Positions 55,209 through 64,000 of a stretch of 64,000 nt of DNA are shown piece by piece. The DNA lies in the NCBI GenBank assembly GCA_002269645.1, contig NIVC01001135.1:248001-312000 (forward strand), in the 5' to 3' direction. Below the pieces are notes generated by a model. It ran no database searches and was not told where the DNA came from. It saw nothing but the letters and a program-made list of their open reading frames with translations. Position numbers and translations under genes: made by a program. Each line of letters begins with the position of its first letter. Position 1 is the first letter of the stretch. This DNA comes from Macrostomum lignano. Taxonomy: Eukaryota.

Positions 55209-55288
<80 letters not shown>

Positions 55289-55845
55289 CCAACCAATCAA
55301 TCAACCAATCAACCAACCAATCAACCAACCAATCAATCAAACAATCAATCAGTCAATCAATCAACCAATCAATCAGTCAATCAACCAACCAATCAATCAA
55401 TCAATCAACCAATCAATCGACCAATCAATCAATCAACCAATCAACCAACCAATCAACCAACCAATCAATCAAACAATCAACCAACCAACCAATCAACCAA
55501 CCAATCAACCATCAATCAATCAACCAATCAATCAACCAATCAATCAGTCAATCAACCAACCAATCAACCAACCAATCAACCAACCAATCAACCAACCAAT
55601 CAATCAAACAATCAACCAACCAATCAACCATCAATCAATCAACCAATCAATCAACCAATCAATCAGTCAATCAACCAACCAATCAACCAACCAATCAACC
55701 AACCAATCAATCAAACAATCAACCAACCAATCAACCATCAATCAATCAACCAATCAATCAACCAATCAATCAGTCAATCAACCAACCAATCAACCAACCA
55801 ATCAACCAACCAATCAACCAACCAATCAATCAAACAATCAATCTC
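54975..55845. repeat. Mixed (AATC)/(AACC) microsatellite
   Basis: Direct inspection. Confidence 0.96.
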
Positions 55846-56305
55846 CATCAATAAAAAATCAATAATTCAACCAGTTTAACTACGAGCGTAGTTTAATCAT
55901 TTTGATATTATAATTAGGCCCTACATCAGCATTTTGAGAAACGTGAGAAATCTCAAGGTGCAAAGGGGATATTGAGATGAATGGAGACCCTCCGTCCGTC
56001 CGACAGTCAGAATTTTCACTTAAACAGATTCACAGTTTGTCTTCATCTTAAAACAGCCTCTTCTAACAGACAGAAGCTCAGCGAAAATCAATAATTCTTG
56101 AGTTGTGAGGCAGCTCTGTATTAGAAATCTTGCAGGATTCAGAATGATCGACACAATGACCAAAACTCGATACACTGGACGGACACGACTCCGCACTTAG
56201 CACAGGAAAAATTCAATATTTCAGTACTTCGTAAGAATTGCTAACAAAGGAGAGGTAACATTTAGGAGAATAACTACAAGAAGATTCTGACTTGGATTGT
56301 GATAT

Positions 56306-56306
56306 G

Positions 56307-56371
<65 letters not shown>

Positions 56372-56546
56372 GGCAGACTGACAGACTGACAGGCAGACAG
56401 TCAGACACGCACAGGCAGACAGGCAGACACGCACAGACAGACAGGCAGACACGCACAGGCAGACAGGCAGACACGCACAGGCAGACAGGCAGACACGCAC
56501 AGACAGACAGGCAGACACGCACAGGCAGACAGGCAGACACGCACAG
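56306..56546. repeat. (GACA)n grading into GCAGACACGCACAG variants
   Basis: Direct inspection. Confidence 0.93.
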
Positions 56547-57109
56547 GCATCAGATCCAGTTCCACGCCATTCGCAGCCTGTCCCAGAGCAGGCGGCAGAG
56601 CCCCCAGAGCGCAGCCAAGCCACACAATGGCGGGCTGCCAGCAGCTTGGCACTCAGCCGCTCCGCACAGGCGCGGCCAAACAAATTCGCCACTTCCGCAG
56701 AATCGCCGGGCAGCGCGGGCTGCCAGCTGTCAGCCAGGGAGGGAAGGCACCGCGGGGTCGACCAGATCCCCATCCCCACTTTACCTACCTTTCGGGAGTT
56801 GTTGTGCTCAGCCTCTTCACTGGGGCCATTGTTAAAAGCCACTTTGTCACTATGCCAGATAAAGCTCCCAGCCTCTGAGGAAAGCGCTGCGTCAAAGCAG
56901 ATCGCAGCATGTCATTTTTTGGCTTTCAATTCAAAAAGTAAAAAGATTGAAGCTTCTTTTACTCCTTTGTCGAAGCAGACGGCCGCTGCATGATCTGTCA
57001 ATTAATTTCCACTTTGGCTGCCAGCCTCAGCACGCATTGCAGCCGCACTAATGAAGCTCTTCTTCTAGATGAACTTGAGGGGGGTTGAGTTTAAAAGCTC
57101 AGCCTCCGC

Positions 57110-58590
57110 TCACTGAACTGCCGCTATACCCCTCGGAGCTCAGTGAACTGCCGCTATACCCCTCGGAGCTCAGTGAACTGCCGCTTTACCCCTCGGAGCT
57201 CAGTGAACTGCCGCTATACCCCTCGGAGCTCAGTGAACTGCCGCTTTACCCCTCGGAGCTCAGTGAACTGCCGCTTTACCCCTCGGAGCTCAGTGAACTG
57301 CCGCTTTACCCCTCGGAGCTCAGTGAACTGCCGCTTTACCCCTCGGAGCTCAGTGAACTGCCGCTATCCCTCGGAGCTCAGTGAACTGCCGCTATACCCC
57401 TCGGAGCTCAGTGAACTGCCGCTATACCCCTCGGAGCTCAGTGAACTGCCGCTATACCCCTCGGAGCTCAGTGAACTGCCGCTATATCCCTCGGAGCTCA
57501 GTGAACTGCCGCTTTACCCCTCGGAGCTCAGTGAACTGCCGCTATACCCCTCGGAGCTCAGTGAACTGCCGCTTTACCCCTCGGAGCTCAGTGAACTGCC
57601 GCTATACCCTCGGAGCTCAGTGAACTGCCGCTTTACCCCTCGGAGCTCAGTGAACTGCCGCTATACCCTCGGAGCTCAGTGAACTGCCGCTTTACCCCTC
57701 GGAGCTCAGTGAACTGCCGCTTTACCCCTCGGAGCTCAGTGAACTGCCGCTATACCCCTCGGAGCTCAGTGAACTGCCGCTTTACCCCTCGGAGCTCAGT
57801 GAACTGCCGCTATACCCCTCGGAGCTCAGTGAACTGCCGCTATACCCCTCGGAGCTCAGTGAACTGCCGCTATACCCCTCGGAGCTCAGTGAACTGCCGC
57901 TATATCCCTCGGAGCTCAGTGAACTGCCGCTTTACCCCTCGGAGCTCAGTGAACTGCCGCTATACCCCTCGGAGCTCAGTGAACTGCCGCTTTACCCCTC
58001 GGAGCTCAGTGAACTGCCGCTTTACCCCTCGGAGCTCAGTGAACTGCCGCTATACCCCTCGGAGCTCAGTGAACTGCCGCTTTACCCCTCGGAGCTCAGT
58101 GAACTGCCGCTATACCCCTCGGAGCTCAGTGAACTGCCGCTTTACCCCTCGGAGCTCAGTGAACTGCCGCTTTACCCCTCGGAGCTCAGTGAACTGCCGC
58201 TTTACCCCTCGGAGCTCAGTGAACTGCCGCTATCCCTCGGAGCTCAGTGAACTGCCGCTATACCCCTCGGAGCTCAGTGAACTGCCGCTATACCCCTCGG
58301 AGCTCAGTGAACTGCCGCTATACCCCTCGGAGCTCAGTGAACTGCCGCTATATCCCTCGGAGCTCAGTGAACTGCCGCTTTACCCCTCGGAGCTCAGTGA
58401 ACTGCCGCTATACCCCTCGGAGCTCAGTGAACTGCCGCTATCCCTCGGAGCTCAGTGAACTGCCGCTATATCCCTCGGAGCTCAGTGAACTGCCGCTATA
58501 CCCTCGGAGCTTAGTGAACTGCCGCTATACCCCTCGGAGCTCAGTGAACTGCCGCTATCCCTCGGAGCTCAGTAAACTGCCGCTATCCAA
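57110..58590. repeat. 30-bp minisatellite (CCTCGGAGCTCAGTGAACTGCCGCT[A/T]TACC)
   Basis: ~50 copies, some 28-29 bp. Confidence 0.97.
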
Positions 58591-58739
58591 CATCGCTCCC
58601 GAAATAGGCGGTGTTCAATTATTTCAGCATCGCTTGTGTGGCACAAGAGCCTGTCAGAAAACAAACAGCTTTGAACCTCTTCAGAATTGAATTGTTGCTT
58701 CGATTCGAAGGCCCAATGTACTGAAGTATTAAATATCTG

Positions 58740-58777
<38 letters not shown>

Positions 58778-58876
58778 ACCTCGCACATATAGATAAGGAT
58801 ATAAATATATAATTTATATTCCGCAACACAGAAATCCAATTCCCTAGATTTCTGACTGGGAGCAAGGATGGAAGAA

Positions 58877-58916
<40 letters not shown>

Positions 58917-59529
58917 CCGCGAAGAAAAGTAGAAGCGGATGCGCGAAGAAGCCTGGAGAGCGGTGGCGGGCCATTAAGGACTTATCTGATTATGAAAGAG
59001 GCGCAGCTCTCCAGCATAAATTAATGCCATAGTCTCATTCAGACAGGCGTCATAGCCTTAGGGGCAAGTGATGAAGCGAATGTATATATAGAGAAAGAAG
59101 AAATGCAGTCTTTCACTAAAGCCGGTGGGTCTCCTATCGCTCATAGCTACCATGGATTCGAACGGGAAGAGCAAGAGAGCTAGGGGGGTTGGGGGTTCCG
59201 CGCACACAGGATCGGCAAAATTCGAATAGAGAAGAAATTCGAAACGACTTGCAGAGATTAGCGACATGCCCATGGTAGCGAGGGAACTGGGGAGACGGGG
59301 GGGGGACGAAATCTCATTTTGAATCGAGTTGCGGGGGGAGTCAATCTGTATCAGCTCAGCCTTAATCCTCAGCTCTGTGACTCTCCCTGCCGTCTGTCAT
59401 TCTCCGGGCCACCACTGCTTCGGGACCGAGTCTGCACGCGAGCCTCTGTTGAAAAGGGCCACTGGGTCGATTCAGGTAAACGGGGTATTCTTTGTGGAGC
59501 TCATTGGGATACATTACACGTAAGGGAAG

Positions 59530-59760
59530 GGCCGTAGCCTACCAGTAGTCTGGCGGCGGCACTGTGATGTGCCAGCGGCCCAGGCTCGATTCCAAGTGCA
59601 GTCACATTTATTTAGGGCTAAATTGAAATCTCGGCTTGGCTCTGCTCGTGCAATTAACGGCCTTATAATTGAGGGCCAACCTCCCAGGCACAGTGAAGTG
59701 TACATGCCTAACGATAAATAAAGTTAGGGCCGCTGTACACTCCTGTGTGAGTGCCTGTGC
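59530..59760 (+). mobile_element. tRNA-derived SINE, family B copy 2
   Basis: GGCCGTAGCCTA...GGCCCAGGCTCGATTCC head; the body matches the reverse complement of 23900-24108. Confidence 0.8.
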
Positions 59761-61734
59761 GTATGACTGCGTACGTATCCGCGCGCTTGCGTGCCTGCTA
59801 AGGGGGGTCGGCGGAGTGGACAGTAATGCCTCTCGCTGGTTGGTGACAATGTCGCTTAAAAAGTACTTCATACACAAGTAAAAAATGGAGATACATTGAG
59901 CAGCTAATTGAAGACTCTGTATGAATCTCAATGGCGATTCTGTGCATGCGGAGCTCATTTGTTAAACTGAAACTCCAAACTATTCTGACGGAGACCAAAT
60001 CACAAAAATCAAGCCGCCCACTCACGTGCAGTCAGGCGAATCGGAGAGAACAGTACGCTTCGCACACAATTAGCCAAAGCCCAATAGTGTTTTGTCCGAG
60101 GCAGGCAGGATTCTAATGGTCCGGCAGGTTTTACAATTGCTCAGTCAGTTTTACAACCCAGCGCGGTGTTTTTGGCAAATTAATGCCGTGCTCGCGGGGC
60201 TCCATAGAGCGGACAGCCTCGCTATGCTGCTTTTGTGCAAGGCTGCCTGCTGTGAACGGTTTGGCTGAAGACCAGCCGGATTGGCCAGGCGGTCAGCCAA
60301 CCACTTAGGAGATGAGAGCCAGTGCGGGGAGCAGAGAGACGGGAGCAGGGAAGCTGCACGGATGCAAGGTAAGGTGAAGGGGAAGAGCAGGGCGAAACAC
60401 GTCCGGTACCCGTCGGAGAGGCGCTGGCAGATCGTGGCAGCCTGGGCTGGGAAATGAAAAAGTAGTAGAAAAAGGCCGTTCAAATTGAATGGGGTGGCGG
60501 CTGAGGGCGATGCCGAGCCATTGCGGCTGACTATGCGAGCGGCTGCAATTTTCTTTTTTCCTCTAGGCTAAAAATAAAACAAATCAAATCAAATGAAGTC
60601 TGCATGGCTCAACGAACAGACGAGTTGACGGATGAGAAAGTCGGAGATAGTGAGACAGCCGGCAACCCGCAGTCTGCAATATCGAATGAGCGAGACAGAT
60701 TCCTCGCGTAGGACCAGAGGCGTAGTCCCGTGCGAAAGTTGAGAAGCAACAGACAGACCGGAGTGAGATGAGGAGCGAGGGAATTTATTTTTTTCGCAAC
60801 ACTCAAACTCCAGCTCAGAGGGCAGAACCCGCCTGGATGATGAGGAGCGGAGGGGAATATAGAATGACCGTCAGTGAGATTGGTTTAGACTCCAAGCTCG
60901 CCACACAAGCATTTGTCCTATTTTATTCCATTGGTCCGCCGCTCTACCGGCTGGGTCCACTTTTCTACTGAGTGAAATGGAGCGGGGGCAGGGAGGGACC
61001 GCAGCAACTGGATGCAGAGAGGACTCGTCAGCATGCGGACTTCAGCCAGGCCTATACCCATGCGGGCCGCCTCCCCTTTTTAACAAAAAAGCAAGGAAAT
61101 CCAATCTGCATCAAATTAATTGGCCTCGACTTCGGCTGCCAGAATGCGCGGGCGTCTCCTCCGGCAGAAGCAGCAGTTAATTTCGCTCGGCAGACCAAAC
61201 TACGTACAAGGCTTGCCCCGATATGGCTGGCTGGGTAGCAACGGAATTCCAAGGGAAAACTTGTTTTCTGCAGTACGCGATGAAGCCGCAACGTTCGGTC
61301 GGGTTACAGAGGATGACGCATTGGCATGGCAACAGAGCTTAGCGGACACGGAAACCGGAGAAGAGAGACAAACTCCTTCGTCTAAGCCCAGCTGTCGCAA
61401 TTGGTAGCAAAGTTGCTCAGCTGGTTTGAGTTGCACTGACCGAGCGCGATAATTAGGGTGGGCGGACACGCCAGAGTATACGAGCTGTGCTCTCGCTGGG
61501 CTTGGCTACGAATTTACTGACTGACTCTGCTTTGTCGCGCGCCAAGTTTGCAGTTTAAATTCTCTGAAAAAACTATAGAACTGCGCTAGAAAGCTTCATG
61601 TACTACTTGGACTGATTCGAAAAGTAGAGTATGTTGCTATTAACTACTATCAGTCTAATAATAATACATGCATAGAACTGACGTTATGCATGATGTTTCC
61701 CTATCTCGATGCGGTGCAACAGCTTGGCTCGCAC

Positions 61735-62023
61735 CAGGGGCGTCGCCATCGGGGGGGGGGCGACACATGTCCCCCCCCCCCCAGTAAAAGGTATGGGGGA
61801 ATGCCAATGCTGTCCCCCTCTGCGCCCTACTTTGTGACCCGTTATGGAAATCAATAATCTTGCTTCAGGGCGCCAAAATAGGAGCTAAATGAGTGCCTGC
61901 GGCGCCAAAATGAGTGCCTACGGCGCCAAAATGAGTGCCTGCGGCGCCAAAATGAGTGCCTACGGCGCCAAAGAACTCCCCACCATAGAATCCATGGCAA
62001 GGCCACTGGCCATGACGACACTG
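61735..62023. mobile_element. Possible hAT-like MITE with internal 21-bp repeats
   Basis: Imperfect ends CAGGGGCGTCGCCAT / ATGACGACACTG; four GGCGCCAAAATGAGTGCCT[G/A]C-type units; no TSD found. Confidence 0.4.
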
Positions 62024-62382
62024 GATAACTAATTGTCGAAAATGCCCCATTAACCAGAAATCAAGCGACTTCTCGAAGCATGCTTTATTTATAGAATTTT
62101 TCGCTCAACCGTGCGGCCAGTTCCAGTGATAGTTGATTGATTGCGAGACAGTATAAAAATCTAAGTCAGATTTGGCGTTGAAACCGCGCAACCAAGAAAA
62201 CGAAATTAGAATTATTAAATTCAACAAAGTTCTGAACTTCCCGATTAGATTACGAGAGTAGTGCCTTGAAAAACTTGTTGCTGGAGTTCAGAAAGAGTTT
62301 TGCTTCATCAAAAAAAAGTTTGAAGCAGGATGAAGGCTAACTAAGGCGTTTAACCAAAACTACCAGCCGGACTCCCGGGGCT

Positions 62383-63156
62383 TCAGCCGACGATCCACAC
62401 GTCGCCAGTCTCGTTGGCGAAGGCGGTGGCGAACCTGCTGAGGCGGCAGAGGCCGCTGCTGCTGTTGAAGCGATAGGAGGAGCAGCTGGCAGACCGGGCG
62501 CAGGAGGCTGCGCACTGCATCAGACTCTGCGTCTTGACGTCCCAGCCCAAGGAGCCGGCGAATTCGGCAGTGGTGACCAGCGGAGGGGCGGCAGCGGCGG
62601 CGAACTTGCGGAAACGAAGACTCCGCGGGACTGCACGGGGCAAAATGGGTTCTGCCAATGGACGAGACAGGTTAAGAGACTTGATAATTTAATTATAATC
62701 TCAGCTGAATGTGAACTCACTGGTTGAGTACACATTCTCGTAGACAGAGTTTCGGTACGATCCGCCGCAGACTTGGCTAGCATTTCCAGCACACTGATAC
62801 ATGCACTCAGATTCTGGTGCCGGACCCCAGGAGCCGTAGCTGGAGTCGCAGGCGCAGTAATTGATGCCCTGCACCGCAGAGTATCGAAAGCCGCCGTAGG
62901 TGCAGATCTCTCTGCACAGCTCCACCGTCATGTCGCTTCTTCTCACAAACCCGTTGAGCATGTAGGTGACGCTAAACGGTCCAAGCTGGGCAATGCCAAA
63001 CAGACCCAGCACGTCCCTGTTAGGTAGAGCATAGTCAACAAAGCAGCCGACATAGACCCGAGTGGCCTTGCGCTGGCACAGCGACTCAGAGGCCAGCAGA
63101 GCGACTACTGCAACAATAGCCAGGCTAAGACGCATGCCGAGTGGTTTTTGTGGCAT
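62383..63156 (-). CDS. Secreted protein with WSC domain plus PAN/apple-like domain, 2 exons, ~227-234 aa
   Basis: complement(join(62383..62651,62721..63156)), 69-nt phase-1 GT-AG intron. Signal peptide MRLSLAIVAVVALLASESLC (ATG at 63135 or 63156). WSC signature YVGCF...MTVELCREIC...YSAVQ..YCAC...C...CAGNASQVCGG..RNSVY. PAN-like SLMQCAASCARSASCSSYRFNSSSGLCRLS. Confidence 0.88.
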
Positions 63157-63760
63157 TCACTTGTGCAGCTTAACAGGGAGCGCAAAATTTGTTTCAATGT
63201 CTGCCGCTTTATAAATTGGTGATCAAGAAAGCATTGACTGCACACAATAGCCTCTAGAACGGATGCTAAAGCCTGCTGACGGTTTCCAGGCTAAAAGCAA
63301 GAAACCGCAGAAGACCACCAGCTTCGCTACCGCTGACAAGAAAAATATTCTTTTCTTAAACAAAGTCAAGACGCGAAGATGAATGCCGGAGGTAGAACAT
63401 TCCGTAGGAAGGCCTCCGCGCAGAAACAAGATACAGAAAACGAGTTCCGCAGAGAACTTCACCGGAGGCGTCAAAGCTGCGCAGTAACGGAAGGCGTCAC
63501 AGACGGGCACAAAAAAGTATCAAGAAAAGAAAAGCAGGAAAATTGGATGCGAGAGACATTTAGCGGAGTGGGCGTGAGAATGCTAAGAGATATGGTAATC
63601 GGATACTCATACACGGACGCTTATTTTATCTTGCCATTTGCTATGGCGACATTTTTCGGGCTATGCGAAAGATTTCGCGATCCAAACCTTTATTAGTCTA
63701 CTAGTCTCAGTAGTCTAAATTGAATCTCACATCTCTGGTTTTACGAGCCGTAAGTCAGAC

Positions 63761-63970
63761 GTAGTTGAAGCCTAGTGGTTAGAACATCAGACTCACGACT
63801 GGAAAAGTTATGGGTTTGGTACTCACATTGCAGCTGAAACATGGGTACCAGCATTAGCTGGGGAAAATGAGGGCGTGTGTGGCGACCCCCCAGTCCTTGG
63901 ACTGAACAGCCGTAAGCAGCCTTCAGATGCGCCGCGCAATAGCTGCGGCTGAGCTGTCGGTTTCACATCT
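63761..63970 (+). mobile_element. tRNA-derived SINE, family A copy 2 (central deletion)
   Basis: Degenerate box A (CCTAGTGGTTAGAAC); 3' part ATGGGTACCAGCATTAGCTG...GCGCAATAGCT is nearly identical to copy 1. Confidence 0.75.
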
Positions 63971-64000
63971 GGCCATAAAACATTTTTATTAAGCCAAATA

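Noticed and set aside
56401-56652. Signal-peptide-like ORF ending at a GTGCGT donor
   Set aside because: Begins with GTG directly after an in-frame stop; no ATG or clear acceptor.
58742-58911. (CT)n and (GA)n tracts in inverted orientation
   Set aside because: Short common microsatellites; chance arrangement is likely.
63379-63696. 105-aa ORF upstream of the WSC-PAN gene
   Set aside because: No recognisable motif or splice partners; overlapped by an equally uninformative antisense ORF.
63870-63970. Hammerhead or HDV-like ribozyme in the SINE A tail
   Set aside because: GAAAC and CTGAAGG occur on the minus strand, but CUGANGA is imperfect, stem II cannot be paired, and no HDV L3/P1.1 pattern was found.

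Overview
Eukaryotic (animal) genomic DNA, not prokaryotic: GT-AG introns, high-GC3 exons and introns filled with minisatellites. The style resembles the flatworm Macrostomum (inference only). Seven protein-coding genes were reconstructed by hand with phase-consistent splice sites: a PACC1/TMEM206 proton-activated chloride channel homolog (+, 3160-7041), a TTLL10-like tubulin-modifying ligase (-, 9509-16532) head-to-head with a FAM78-family gene (+, 16962-19635), an HDHD5/CECR5-like HAD hydrolase (+, 23017-28946), a putative single-FN3 type I membrane protein (-, 30516-31744), an intronless Shaker/Kv1 channel with a shortened S4 (-, 47285-48874) and a secreted WSC+PAN protein (-, 62383-63156). 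Mobile DNA includes a near-intact DD34D mariner, a long-TIR mariner derivative, two tRNA-derived SINE families (two copies each), hAT-like MITEs, and a ~10.5 kb TIR-bounded element containing a 7.7 kb 237-238 bp satellite with higher-order structure. About 25 distinct tandem arrays occupy a large part of the window. Protein family assignments come from motifs and recalled reference sequences; no database search was run.
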